Notes under the pieces: model-generated | The model's database searches: none | What the model was told of the DNA's origin: nothing | The model's input: only the letters and a program-made list of their open reading frames with translations | Made by a program: the position numbers and the translations under genes | Source: an uncultured delta proteobacterium | GTDB lineage: Bacteria > Desulfobacterota > RBG-13-43-22 | DNA length: 64,000 nt | Assembly: GCA_963743305.1 (NCBI GenBank) | Contig: CAVUPH010000007.1 | Location: forward strand, 192,001-256,000 | Direction: 5' to 3' | Shown here: piece by piece, positions 21,188 to 31,488 of the stretch | Position numbering within the stretch: position 1 is the stretch's first letter | Layout of the letters: every line of letters begins with the position of its first letter

Positions 21188-22259
21188 GGCTTTCCTTAAA
21201 AATTTGGAGGACCTTTTGTGCTGAGGCCTTCCAGGAATAAAGGCGGGCCTGGCTCAGTCCGGAGCGGATCATGGTCTGCCGCCGGACCGGGTCGGTCAGG
21301 ATCTGCTTCAGGCCGGAAACCAGGGCTTCCACCTGGAAAGGGTCGACTTGCAGACCCGCTGCGCCGGTGATTTCCGGTAAGGAAGCGGTCCGGCTGACCA
21401 GCACCGGGCAGCCGCAGGCCATGGCCTCCAAAACCGGAAGTCCGAATCCCTCATAGAGTGAGGGGGCCATCAGCACTTGGGCGCTGGAATACAATTGCAC
21501 CAGTTCCGGGTCCGGGCAAAAGGGTAGAACAACCAGTCGTCTCGACAACTCGGCCGGTACCTGATCAGGGGTCAACCCCACCACGACCATTTTCCCCGGA
21601 TAGGTCCCCTCCCGGAGCAATCGCCTGAAGGCCTCCAAGACCCGGGGGAAATTTTTGTGCGGTCGGCTGTTGCCTACATAGAGGATGAAACCGGCCGTAA
21701 GTCCATAACGCTGGAGGAATTCGGGATCTGCCGGCCGGGGGACCCAAAAAGAATCCAACCCATTAGGGATGACTTCGATTTTGGCCTCCTGACCCCCCAG
21801 GTAAGCGACGATGTCCCGCCGGGAACTTTCGGAGACCGTGAAGACCCGCCGGGATCGAACCAGCGCCGGGCGGACCACTAGGCGGTAATACCAGCGGTAT
21901 TTCCAGCCGTAGTCTTGAGGAAAAATCAGGTGAATGAGGTCATGGATCGTCAGGATCGACCGGGAGGCCAGGGCCAGGGGCAGGGCGTAGGTGGGTGAAA
22001 AAAAGAGATCAAAGGGGTCCTTTCTCAGCAGCCAGGGGATCAGCGCCTGTTCCCGAAGGGTGTAGGGGGGAATGGCCACCGTACGCCAGTTGACCCGGGC
22101 GAGGGGCTGAAACCAGTCCTTCACCCAGGGAAAACGGGTTAAGACCAGATACTCGTTTTGAAGGTCCAGGGCCAGCAATTGGTCTAAGAGCTTCAAACAA
22201 AAACGGGCAATGCCATGGGTCTGTTTTTCGATTACCCGAGCATCAAAAATGATTTTCAT
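21180..22259 (-). CDS. Glycosyltransferase family 4 (mannosyltransferase-like)
   Basis: TIHDL, PHKN and PSLYEGFGLPVLEAMACG. Confidence 0.92.
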   Translation of the reverse strand: MKIIFDARVIEKQTHGIARFCLKLLDQLLALDLQNEYLVLTRFPWVKDWFQPLARVNWRTVAIPPYTLREQALIPWLLRKDPFDLFFSPTYALPLALASRSILTIHDLIHLIFPQDYGWKYRWYYRLVVRPALVRSRRVFTVSESSRRDIVAYLGGQEAKIEVIPNGLDSFWVPRPADPEFLQRYGLTAGFILYVGNSRPHKNFPRVLEAFRRLLREGTYPGKMVVVGLTPDQVPAELSRRLVVLPFCPDPELVQLYSSAQVLMAPSLYEGFGLPVLEAMACGCPVLVSRTASLPEITGAAGLQVDPFQVEALVSGLKQILTDPVRRQTMIRSGLSQARLYSWKASAQKVLQIFKESHV

Positions 22260-22322
22260 CGATGGTTCCCGACAACCCCAAGGTGACCCGGGTTAGATTT
22301 TCACATCCATTGTTCTGAGAAT

Positions 22323-23471
22323 TTAGACAAAAGGGAAACTGAGCTGACCGATCGAACGATACACGTCTAAAGTCTTGCGGGCGGATTCCCGCCAGGTGAA
22401 AAGAGCGGCCTGTTTAAGCCCCCGTTCGCTCAGCCGCTCCCGCTCTTCCGGGTTTTTCAATAAATAAATGATTTTCTCCGCCAGGGCCTGGGGGTCGGAG
22501 GGGTCGATCAACAGCCCGGCGTCCTCCACAATTTCCGGTATGGATGAGCTGTTGGAGGAAATTACCGGGGTGCCGCAGCTCATGGCTTCGAGTACCGGCA
22601 AGCCGAAGCCCTCATAGAGGGAGGGGAAAACGAACACCTCCGCTCCGTTCATAAACAGGGGCAGATCGGTTCGGGGAACATACCCGGTAAAAAGGATCCG
22701 GTCTTTATGGGGATAATCCTGGAGAAAGCGTTGTAAGGACTGGGTCAACCAGCCCGGTTGCCCGCTTAATACCAGGGCGTAATCCTCCTTCATTTCCCGA
22801 CAGACCCGGGCGAAGGCCTGCAAGAGGACGATCAGGTTCTTGCGCGGTTCAATATTTCCGAGGTGATAGAGATATTTCCTAGTCAGGCCGTAACGGTCCC
22901 GCAGGCGGGCTTGCGCCTCTTCCTTTTCCATGGGGCGGAAATGGGGAGTGGGGGCCTCATGGATAACGACGATTTTTTCCGGGGGGACGTTTAAAATGCG
23001 GATCAGATCATCCCGGGTATGGTAGGACACGGAAATAATTTTATCGGCTTGACGCACGGCGTGTTTTAAGATGTAACGCATATAGGCGCCGTATTTGATC
23101 GGAATGGTATGGGGAAAAAGGAAGGCCACCAGATCATGGATGGTGACCACGACGCGAAAACCCGCTTTGCGGAAGGGTATCAGAGAAGCCGGTCCGTGAA
23201 AGACGTCGATGGCCTTTTTTTTTAAGCGAAGCGGAAGAATAAAATGTTCCCAGAGGTCGCCAAAAGGATGGTTTTCATGAGAGAAGATGGTCAAGAGGGA
23301 CCGCACCCGCTGTTGTGACGTGTTCAAGCCAAATAGATTTTCCAGGCGAGACAGAAAAAAATAGGAGGATTCCCGGTCTTCCAGTAGCAGGTTTTCCACC
23401 AGATGGAGCACATAATTACCTACTCCGGAACGAGTGGGTAAGACGGTGCGGATATCGATGGCAATTTTCAT
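22323..23471 (-). CDS. Glycosyltransferase family 4 (mannosyltransferase-like)
   Basis: MKIAIDI, TIHDL, IEPRKN and PSLYEGFGLPVLEAM. Confidence 0.92.
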   Translation of the reverse strand: MKIAIDIRTVLPTRSGVGNYVLHLVENLLLEDRESSYFFLSRLENLFGLNTSQQRVRSLLTIFSHENHPFGDLWEHFILPLRLKKKAIDVFHGPASLIPFRKAGFRVVVTIHDLVAFLFPHTIPIKYGAYMRYILKHAVRQADKIISVSYHTRDDLIRILNVPPEKIVVIHEAPTPHFRPMEKEEAQARLRDRYGLTRKYLYHLGNIEPRKNLIVLLQAFARVCREMKEDYALVLSGQPGWLTQSLQRFLQDYPHKDRILFTGYVPRTDLPLFMNGAEVFVFPSLYEGFGLPVLEAMSCGTPVISSNSSSIPEIVEDAGLLIDPSDPQALAEKIIYLLKNPEERERLSERGLKQAALFTWRESARKTLDVYRSIGQLSFPFV

Positions 23472-23498
23472 TTCCAACCCGGACGATAACGTCTTGCT

Positions 23499-24944
23499 TT
23501 ACTGAGGATACCCGGTAGGGTAATTGAAAAGTCTTTTGACCAGTTGCCAGTCCTCCCAGGCCAGCAGGCGGAAGAGAATCAGCGCCGCCGCGTAAAAGCT
23601 TAGGGCGATCAGACAATAGACGACCACCGGCAGTGTTTTAAACGTCCAGAAAACGATGGCCATCACCGCGCCGCTCAGGGCCAGGGAGGCCGTTTTTCTG
23701 AGCAGGGGAAGGCGTAAAAAAGAGCGCTGCAAGTGAAAGAGATAAAAGGATACCAGGAGCGCTTCCGTGGCTACGGTGATCACACTGGCTCCAAGATACC
23801 CATAACGAGGCAGAAAGAGGAGATTGCTCCCCAGATTGAAAATCAGCGCGAGGGCGCTGCCTATAATGATCAATCTTTCCCGATTCAGGGAGAAGAGGAC
23901 GTGGACCAGGGCGTAATGGACGAAAATGAACGGCACCACCCAGACAATTATTTCCAGGGAAAGAATGGAATTTTGAAAGAGCGGCCCAAAAAGGACCACC
24001 AGCCAGGGATCGGCCAACTGGAAGGTGATGAGGACCAAGGGGATGGCGATCATCACCAGGTAGCCTAAGGATTTTTGATAGGCCTCCTGGAGCAGGGCCT
24101 GGTCCCGGTCGCCCAACAAGGAAAAAATGGGAAAAAGGCCGGACATGATCAGATAGGGGAAGATGGAAAAGGCCTCGATGATCTTGACCGGGACCGAGTA
24201 CCAGCCGATCTCAGCCGTCCCGGACCGTAACAGGGAAAGGAGAATAACGTCTAAGCGGACATAAGCGGTTACAAAGAGAATGGATAAACCGATAGGCCAG
24301 GTGACGCGGAGGAGGTGCTTCCAGAAAGAGAGGTCCATCTGCAACGAGAGGGGAGTGACCCGTTTCCAAATAATGCCCCCGTTCAACAAGAGGCTGAACC
24401 CTTGGGCCAAAACCATAATGACGATCAGCCCCCATAAACCGGCACCCGCCCAGAGAGCGAGCAGGCCGACTAGAACCACCAAACCCTTATTGAGACTTTT
24501 AATGGCCAGTTCGTATTCAAATTTTTCCAGGCTGTTGGTCAGAGCGGCCAGAAATTCCACTAAATGATTGCCGATGAGACTCGACACCCCTAACAAAATC
24601 AAGAGGACCATCTCCCAGGAATACCCCATGGCCGGCAGCAGTCCCAGGGTCAAGAGGACAACCCCCAGGGAGAGCAGCACTTTCAGCGAAAGGATATTTC
24701 CGGCATAGGGCGACAGCAGGTCCCGGCGGCGGGAAACCTCTCGGACCAGCAAAGTGTTTAACCCCAGATCGCAGAAGATGGTAATCAAGCCGGCGAAATA
24801 AAAAACCAGGGAATATTTTCCATAATCTTGGTCGCCCAAGCGGCGGGCCAGGATGACGATGAAGACCACGGCCAAAAGACGAATGACCACTTCCGTGGCA
24901 AATTTTAAGGCAATATTTTTTCGGGCTTGCTTTAGCAGGCTCAT
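23499..24944 (-). CDS. Wzx-type polysaccharide flippase
   Basis: ARRLGDQDYG, DLGL, many TM segments and LPRYGYLGAS; upstream of the GT cluster. Confidence 0.9.
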   Translation of the reverse strand: MSLLKQARKNIALKFATEVVIRLLAVVFIVILARRLGDQDYGKYSLVFYFAGLITIFCDLGLNTLLVREVSRRRDLLSPYAGNILSLKVLLSLGVVLLTLGLLPAMGYSWEMVLLILLGVSSLIGNHLVEFLAALTNSLEKFEYELAIKSLNKGLVVLVGLLALWAGAGLWGLIVIMVLAQGFSLLLNGGIIWKRVTPLSLQMDLSFWKHLLRVTWPIGLSILFVTAYVRLDVILLSLLRSGTAEIGWYSVPVKIIEAFSIFPYLIMSGLFPIFSLLGDRDQALLQEAYQKSLGYLVMIAIPLVLITFQLADPWLVVLFGPLFQNSILSLEIIVWVVPFIFVHYALVHVLFSLNRERLIIIGSALALIFNLGSNLLFLPRYGYLGASVITVATEALLVSFYLFHLQRSFLRLPLLRKTASLALSGAVMAIVFWTFKTLPVVVYCLIALSFYAAALILFRLLAWEDWQLVKRLFNYPTGYPQ

Positions 24945-25027
24945 GAGTTTGAAAGCCCGGATTTGGGAGGGAGACTGAGTCCTTTCAGTCGCCGGGTTCA
25001 GTCCTGGGGGGTGTTAACCCGAGGGAC

Positions 25028-26620
25028 CTAATTAAATTCCTGATACAGCTTAATCTTGGCTTTCTGCTGCTGGGCCTTGGTCCATTCCTCCAATAACCGA
25101 CCACTTTTCTGCTGACGCAGTACCGCGGTGAAGCGGTCTTTCTGCTGTTCAAATTCTTCCGACGAGGCCGCCCGATAGGCCTTGAATCCGACGACCCCGT
25201 AGTCGGACCCTATTTTCAGCAGTTTGTCCGCCAGGGGATGGGAGGCGCTCAGGGTCGAGATCGTTTGGAAATTTTCCTGGGAACTGGCCCAGGAGGGGGG
25301 ATTTTTAAAGCGTGAGAAGAATCCGGTTTCTTCCACCGTTAGATTTTTTTCCCGGGCCAGGGCCGTCCAGTCCTTCTGTTGCCGGGCTTCCTTTAGGAAT
25401 TTTTCCGCCTCCGCTTGAGCCAGGAGCGAGGCCTCGTAGACCCTCCAGTCTTGCTCCACGCGAGTGGCGGCCTGGGCGAAAGTCATCGGTTGGCTTTCTT
25501 TACGGTCAACGGATTGAAGAATAAAAAATCCCCGCTGGGGGCCCAGGTCCAGAACGGAGCTGATCCCGCCTTTTTTCAAGGCAAAGGCCTGTTCATAAAA
25601 AGCGGGCTGCCCTTCTAACTCGGTGCCCGGCTTCCCGAAAACCAGCCAGCCGGTTTCCTGGACCTTGGCCTGGACCTTGATTCCAAAAGCCTTTAGGTCT
25701 CCGGATAATAACAGTTGATCATACAGATCCTCCGCCTTCTGCCGGGCGATTTCCCGGATCTTTTCCCCTTTGATGGTCTGACGGATCTTCTCCTGAACTT
25801 GATCCAAGGGCAGGGGCTGGTTCTTCTTCGGGTCCAGGAATTTGGCCTGGTTTTGCTGATAGTAAGCTTGCACCTCTTTTTCCGGCACCTCTACCGAGCT
25901 TTCGAAGTCCCGGGGATCGATCTCCAAGTAGCGGACTCGGACTTCCGCCGGGTTCTGGTAGCGGGCGGAATATTTAGTAAAAAAGGCCTTAACTTGATCG
26001 GGGTGGGGGACGATGTTTTTCTCATAGGCCGCCGGGGAAAACCGGACCAGGTAAAGGTTTGTTTCATCGGAGAGATAGTGGTAAAAATTGCGGACTTCTT
26101 CGGGTTCGATTTTCACGAAATCAGTGATAAAAGATCGCAGCCGTTCCTCCAAGAGGGCGGAGGCCTGTTCGGCTTCAAACTCCTCCGGAGTTATCCGGTT
26201 CGACTGCAGGAGCCCACGGTAACGGGCTGGGCTGAATTTGCCGTTTTCCTGGAAGGCCGGGATTTGTTCGATCTTCCGGGAGAGCGCTTCCGGACTCACG
26301 GAAAATCCCATTTCTTTTCCAAGGTCGGACATAACCTGCTTTTGGATGAGCAAGTCCAGGACTTTCTTTTTAACCTTTAATTCCTTGAGGGCCTTTTCAT
26401 CCAAACGTCCCCCTTCCGTGCCCTGCAGCATTTGAAGGTATTGCTGATAGGCCTGCTGGTATTCATTTTGGGTAATGGTTTTTCCGTTCACCTTGGCGAC
26501 CTTGGCCGTCGGGTCGGATTTGAAGCTGCCCACTCCCCAAAAGACAAAAACGATGGCAATTATGAACAGGGCGATTTTTATCAGCCAGGATTGAGCGTGT
26601 TTGCGCATTAAACTGAGCAT
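25028..26620 (-). CDS. PpiD/SurA N-terminal-domain periplasmic chaperone
   Basis: MLSLMRKHAQSWLIK...FVFWGVG, VAKVNG and IPAFQENGKF. Confidence 0.85.
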   Translation of the reverse strand: MLSLMRKHAQSWLIKIALFIIAIVFVFWGVGSFKSDPTAKVAKVNGKTITQNEYQQAYQQYLQMLQGTEGGRLDEKALKELKVKKKVLDLLIQKQVMSDLGKEMGFSVSPEALSRKIEQIPAFQENGKFSPARYRGLLQSNRITPEEFEAEQASALLEERLRSFITDFVKIEPEEVRNFYHYLSDETNLYLVRFSPAAYEKNIVPHPDQVKAFFTKYSARYQNPAEVRVRYLEIDPRDFESSVEVPEKEVQAYYQQNQAKFLDPKKNQPLPLDQVQEKIRQTIKGEKIREIARQKAEDLYDQLLLSGDLKAFGIKVQAKVQETGWLVFGKPGTELEGQPAFYEQAFALKKGGISSVLDLGPQRGFFILQSVDRKESQPMTFAQAATRVEQDWRVYEASLLAQAEAEKFLKEARQQKDWTALAREKNLTVEETGFFSRFKNPPSWASSQENFQTISTLSASHPLADKLLKIGSDYGVVGFKAYRAASSEEFEQQKDRFTAVLRQQKSGRLLEEWTKAQQQKAKIKLYQEFN

Positions 26621-26640
26621 AGGGATACCTTAGCACGAAT

Positions 26641-26671
26641 AAAAAAAGGGTCTTACCGAGGCAAGACCCTT
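26641..26671 (-). terminator. Intrinsic terminator of the hdr-flx operon
   Basis: AAGGGTCTT/AAGACCCTT stem followed by a T run on the minus strand. Confidence 0.7.
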
Positions 26672-26695
26672 GATGAATAATTAGGCTGGAAGCAA

Positions 26696-28006
26696 TTATT
26701 CTTCTTCCTCTTCCAATTCTTCCATGACCACCCCATCCCGTTCGAACTGGGCGTCGCGCAAAGTCGTGGCCTCGGCGATCTCCTCGTCGCTCCAGGGTTC
26801 GATGACGATGGATTCAGCCAGCAGCTCCCAAAGGTACATGGTTTCAATGGGCAACTGATATTCCTTGGTCAAACCCTTCAGGATCTGATCCCGGCAGTTG
26901 TGGCAGGGGGCGACCACTAGTTCGGCACCGGTTTCGAGGATCTGTTTGGCCTTGACCCGGCCGTAATAGATCCGTTCCTTGTCATAGGGCATCGCCCAGG
27001 CCCCGCCGCCGGCCCCACAGCAATAATTATTCATGTCCGCCGGGTACATATCCACGTAATTGTCTACCAACTGCTGGGTGATCCAGCGGATTTCCGGACC
27101 GTAGCTTTTGCCCAAAACCATCTGGCTCTTACGGGTATAATTGCAGGGATCGTGGGCCGTGGTCAATTGGGGGTGTCGGGATTTATCGATGGTCACCCGA
27201 CCGCTCTGAATATATTCAATCATTAACTCAAACACATTGATTACTTTGAATTCCTTGAAGGCTTCCGGGAACCAGTTTTGCAGACCGACACGGGTCGCAA
27301 AGTAGGCGTGGCCTCACTCCGGTAGGAGGAGGGTTTTGCATTCCAACCTTCGGGCATTCTCCAGTACGCGCCCCACTTGTTCCTTCCAGGCCGGGTCGTC
27401 TCCGGAGAAGAGTCCCCAGTTGACCCCTTCCCAGTTGGTGGAGGAAACGGTCCAGTCCTCCTTGGCGGCGTAGAAGATCTTCCACCAGAATTTCATGTCG
27501 TCCGGTTCGCCGAAGGGTTCCTTGGAGTTGATGGTGGTAATGATATTGGCGCCTTTTTTATCCACCGGCACATAAAACCCGGGGCATCCGTCGTGGGCCA
27601 GTTCCTGCCCCAGATCGGCCAGGAGGCCCAGGAAATCATCCCGGGGGATACCCAGGTTGTTGCCCCGCTGCAGGTTCATCATGGTCCCTTTGTGGATGGG
27701 ACCCGGCACCTTATCCCGGTCCCGTAATCCCCGGGCCTTGCGGAAGGTTTTCATTAAATTGATGCCCATGGGGCACTGGTTCTCACAGCGGCCGCAGAGG
27801 GTGCAGATCCAGGGCCAGCGGGAGGCAATCAGCTCATCATCCAGACCCAGGGCGGCCATACGGATGGCCTTGCGGGGATCGAAGCCGTCTATCCCGGTCA
27901 CCGGGCAACCGCCGGCACAGGTGCCGCAGGTGAAACAGAGATCGGCCATCTTGGCATCCACGGCCAGTTTCCTGTTTTTCTTGTTTACCTTGAGGGGTTC
28001 AGCCAT
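26696..28006 (-). CDS. HdrD/DsrK-like Fe-S oxidoreductase (2x[4Fe-4S] plus CCG domains), selenoprotein
   Basis: CFTCGTCAGGCP, CTLCGRCENQCP, LPE-UGA(27314-27316)-GHAY (PECGHA motif), HDPCN, CCGAGGG and PCHNC. ORFs 27314-28006 and 26696-27235 are in the same frame. Confidence 0.88.
27277..27301 (-). promoter_or_regulatory. Candidate SECIS hairpin for the hdrD-like gene
   Basis: UUUGC-GACC-CGUGUC-GGUC-U-GCAAA, a stem with a bulged U, starting 12 nt after the UGA. Confidence 0.7.
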
Positions 28007-28076
28007 AGCAACACTCCTTAAGTAGAAAATAAATAAACGATTAAAATATATCTCTTTGTTTCTTGAAATACAAGAC

Positions 28077-28919
28077 TTAATATTCCTTGGGCAGGCTGTT
28101 CAACTTGGCCAGGGTGAAGACCGGACCGTCCTTGCAGACGAATTCCGGGCCGACGCTGCAGCGGCCGCACATGCCGATGCCGCACTTCATCCTGTTTTCC
28201 AGGCTCATGATAATCCGTTCCGCGGGAAAACCCAGTTTTTCCAGCACCGGTTGGGTGAACTTGATCATAATGGGCGGGCCGCAAACCAAGGCGAAAGCGT
28301 CTTTGGCGCCGGGGGCCTTTTTTTCGGTTATGGCCGGGACGAAACCCACGTTGTATTTCCAGTCCGGGTCGTCGGTGCCGTCCACGGTGATATGCATTTT
28401 AATGTCGTCTCGGGCCTCCCAGGCGGCCAATTCTTCCTTGTATAGGAGCATACCCGGTGATCGGGCCCCGTAGATGACGGTAATATCCTTGAAACGGGAT
28501 CTATTGCCGGGTTCCAGAAGATAAATAATAGTGGAGCGCAGGGTGGTGAAGGCAAAGCCGCCGGCCACGATGACGATGTTCTTTCCTTCCATTTTTTCCA
28601 GAGGATACCAGTTACCCAGAGGCCCGCGAACCCCCATAATTTCCCCTTCTTTCATATTATGGAGAAAGGAGGATACCAATCCGACTTTGTTGACCGTGAA
28701 TTTAATGAATCCCTGTTCCGTGGGCGAAGAGGCGATCCCGATAGGGATTTCTCCCCTTCCGGCTATGGACAGTTCGGCGAACTGTCCGGAATGGTAGGAA
28801 AAGCGCTGTTCGTCTGCCGGGTCCAGGAAAACGAATTTAAATGTTTTCAAGTTCCGGTCCTCGGTCTCGGTGACGATCTGATCGATACGGACCGGATAAG
28901 GTTTATAGGGATTTACCAC
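28077..28919 (-). CDS. flxA: FlxA (FloxA) FAD/NAD(P)-binding subunit with a [2Fe-2S] cluster
   Basis: GQFAEL, RGPLGN, VAGGFA, CGPPIM and MKCGIGMCGRC...VCKDGPVF. Confidence 0.85.
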   Translation of the reverse strand: MVNPYKPYPVRIDQIVTETEDRNLKTFKFVFLDPADEQRFSYHSGQFAELSIAGRGEIPIGIASSPTEQGFIKFTVNKVGLVSSFLHNMKEGEIMGVRGPLGNWYPLEKMEGKNIVIVAGGFAFTTLRSTIIYLLEPGNRSRFKDITVIYGARSPGMLLYKEELAAWEARDDIKMHITVDGTDDPDWKYNVGFVPAITEKKAPGAKDAFALVCGPPIMIKFTQPVLEKLGFPAERIIMSLENRMKCGIGMCGRCSVGPEFVCKDGPVFTLAKLNSLPKEY

Positions 28920-28932
28920 GAAGACACCCCCT

Positions 28933-29979
28933 CTATTTCGCCTCAAAGGCGTTCATAAGATTGCCGACGCGCCGGATATCGATATTCACCGGGCAGAACT
29001 GAACGCAGCGGCCGCAGCCGACACAGGCCACCCCGTTACCGTATTTATCCACGAAATACTTTAACTTATGCATGAACCGTTGCCGGACCCGTTGTAGTTT
29101 CTGCTCGCGGGGGTTATGGCCGGAGCCGTGCAGGGTGAACAGCGGATACATGCAGGCATCCCAATTCCGCATTCGAATTCCCTTTGTCCCTTCCACTTCG
29201 TCCTGGATGTCGAAACACCAACAGGTGGGGCAGAGGTAGGTGCAGGTGCCGCAATTAATGCAGGAAAACTGAACCTCTTCCCAAAAGGGGGCGTTGAAAA
29301 GGGGCAAGAGGGGTTGATCCTTAAGCCGATCGGTAGCCACCTGGATGGGCAGAGCGGTCTCCGCTTCCCGGCGAATGTTTTCCGCCTGCTGCCGTTGATC
29401 GTCGGATGGGTTTTGGGCTTCAGCGGCTTCTTTAAGCAGGGCTTCGCCTTTTTCGGTAATCGCCTGGAGGAGATAGGTTTCCCCCAAATCGGTCAGCAGA
29501 ACATCCAATCCGACCGGGTTAAACGGGCCGCCGCCAACCGAAGTGCAGAAGCAGGTAGAACAGGGCTGGTTGCAACCCAGACCTACCAGGGTGAGGGTGT
29601 CACGTCCATGCTGCCACCAGGGATCCTGGTACTCCGGGTTGACGAAGTTTATCTCCACCAGCTTTAGCGCCTGAGCGTCGCAGGGGCGGACGCCCAACAA
29701 CAGGCGGGGAGTCTCATCCCAGGGGGATTCTTTCAATATATGGGCTTCCGGATCGGAGGGATCCAGACTGAACTGAAACATCCGTTCGGAAGGAGGCTGA
29801 ACCAATTGTTTCGGAGAGAGGCGTGCGTTTTGAAAGGAAAAATCCGGCCCTTCCTCTTCCCCCAGGGCGATGAAGTTAAACTGATCCCCCTGCCGAACCG
29901 GTCCGATCAATTGAAACTGTTGATGGAGACGGCGCAACCAGGCGGCGAAATCTTTCTTGGCAAGACTCTTGGTTGTCAT
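28933..29979 (-). CDS. flxB: FlxB 4Fe-4S dicluster subunit (AsrA-like)
   Basis: GVRPCD, CSTCFC, CINCGTCTYLCPTCWC, RFMHK and CVGCGRCVQFCP. Confidence 0.85.
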   Translation of the reverse strand: MTTKSLAKKDFAAWLRRLHQQFQLIGPVRQGDQFNFIALGEEEGPDFSFQNARLSPKQLVQPPSERMFQFSLDPSDPEAHILKESPWDETPRLLLGVRPCDAQALKLVEINFVNPEYQDPWWQHGRDTLTLVGLGCNQPCSTCFCTSVGGGPFNPVGLDVLLTDLGETYLLQAITEKGEALLKEAAEAQNPSDDQRQQAENIRREAETALPIQVATDRLKDQPLLPLFNAPFWEEVQFSCINCGTCTYLCPTCWCFDIQDEVEGTKGIRMRNWDACMYPLFTLHGSGHNPREQKLQRVRQRFMHKLKYFVDKYGNGVACVGCGRCVQFCPVNIDIRRVGNLMNAFEAK

Positions 29980-30005
29980 GTGTCAGGTCCTTAGTCCGTA
30001 TGGTA

Positions 30006-30956
30006 TTATTTGATAAATTCCTGGAGGTCGTCGGGCAGAAACACATCCAGGGGCGGGCGACCCTCGACGATAACCCCGGCCTCGAAGTGATAACGGTCCC
30101 AGACGTCCTTTTCCAGTTTTTTGGTAAACTGCCGGACCTTGATCCCTACGGGGCAGGACCGTTCGCAGGCCCCGCAATCGGTACAGCGGCCGGCCAGGTG
30201 ATAGGCGCGCATGAAATGAAAGGTCCGGAGGTCAGTTTTATCCAGGCTCTTTCCGACCCATTGCGGTTTGGATTCATCCGCAAAGCACAAGGGGCAGTAA
30301 CACTGGGGACAGGCATTTCGGCAGGCGTAACAGCGGATGCAGGGTTCGATCAATCGCTCGAAATATTGCCACTTCTCCTCCGGAGTCATGGCCTCCACGG
30401 CGCGGATATCTTCGTACCGGTCTACCCCAGTCTGCTCCGGGACAGCTTCGCCTAAAAGCTCATCATAAATAACCGGATTCCGATGGAGACAGATGGCGCA
30501 ATTATCCTGGAGCAACTCCGTCCGGGGAAAACGCTCTTCAAACCCACGGCCCTCCACCAGGACCTGATCCTTCTCCTCCCGGACCTCCAAGGGTTCCCGC
30601 CCCGCAAGCCGGATCCAAACCTTGCGGCGGTCCAACATGCCCAGGCAGGGAGCGCCGAGGATAACCAGTTGATCCCGCTGGATCTGTCCTTCCTGAAGGT
30701 GGACAACGATGTTTCGGCTGTCGCAACCCTTGGCCACAATAGCGATCCGTTCGGTGCGCTTGGGAAGATAATTGGCCAGATTAACGCCGCAGAAGGAATC
30801 CCAGTAGAGCTGATCCGCCTGTTCGGCCCGGCGGATCTGTATCGGTTCATTCATCATGGGGACGGTGCCCCGGCGGTAGCCGATGACTACCTCTACCTTC
30901 CCCTCTGCGAGGAGTCTTTGGGCGGCTTCCTGTATTTTTTCCGTGTAATTCATCAT
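30006..30956 (-). CDS. flxC: FlxC 4Fe-4S subunit
   Basis: AKGCDSR, CIRCYACRNACPQCYC and RAYHLAGRCTDCGACERSCP. Confidence 0.82.
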   Translation of the reverse strand: MMNYTEKIQEAAQRLLAEGKVEVVIGYRRGTVPMMNEPIQIRRAEQADQLYWDSFCGVNLANYLPKRTERIAIVAKGCDSRNIVVHLQEGQIQRDQLVILGAPCLGMLDRRKVWIRLAGREPLEVREEKDQVLVEGRGFEERFPRTELLQDNCAICLHRNPVIYDELLGEAVPEQTGVDRYEDIRAVEAMTPEEKWQYFERLIEPCIRCYACRNACPQCYCPLCFADESKPQWVGKSLDKTDLRTFHFMRAYHLAGRCTDCGACERSCPVGIKVRQFTKKLEKDVWDRYHFEAGVIVEGRPPLDVFLPDDLQEFIK

Positions 30957-31391
30957 TTATGCTACCTCAGCCAAATGTTTTCTGAAGTGGGGGGATGGCC
31001 CCAGGGCCTTGATATCGTTGGTAACCTCCGTAACCACCTGTTGAAACTTGGTGGCCTCGGCCGATGATATCCAGGAAAATTGCAGACGCCCCGGTTGAAT
31101 ACCCATGTGCTCCAGGAGGCCTTTAAAAAGGGCGAATTTTCTCCGGGCGTAATAGTTGCCGGCGATGAAATGACAATCCCCCGGGTGACAGCCGGAAACC
31201 CAGACGCCGTCCGCCCCGTGGCGAAAAGCCCCCAGGATGAATTTGGGATCCAGACGGCCCGTGCAGGGGATCCGAATGACACGGATGTTGGGGGGATATT
31301 GCAACCGACTGACGCCGGCCAGGTCAGCCCCTCCGTAAGTGCACCAGTTACAGAAAAAAGCAATGATTTTTGGTTCAAACGGTTCACTCAT
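30957..31391 (-). CDS. mvhD: MvhD/FlxD [2Fe-2S] subunit
   Basis: FFCNWCTYGGADLAG, RIPCTGR, SGCHPGDCH and WISSAE. Confidence 0.92.
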   Translation of the reverse strand: MSEPFEPKIIAFFCNWCTYGGADLAGVSRLQYPPNIRVIRIPCTGRLDPKFILGAFRHGADGVWVSGCHPGDCHFIAGNYYARRKFALFKGLLEHMGIQPGRLQFSWISSAEATKFQQVVTEVTNDIKALGPSPHFRKHLAEVA

Positions 31392-31453
31392 AACAAATCC
31401 TTTTTACGCTTGGCGCAAAGCGCTGAGCGCGAAGCGTTACTAGGTTTTTTTAT

Positions 31454-31488
31454 CTAAAATTTGGACGCGCTTTTTGTCCAAATTTTAG
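31454..31488. promoter_or_regulatory. 13-bp perfect hairpin overlapping the hdrA stop codon
   Basis: CTAAAATTTGGAC-N9-GTCCAAATTTTAG. Confidence 0.55.
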
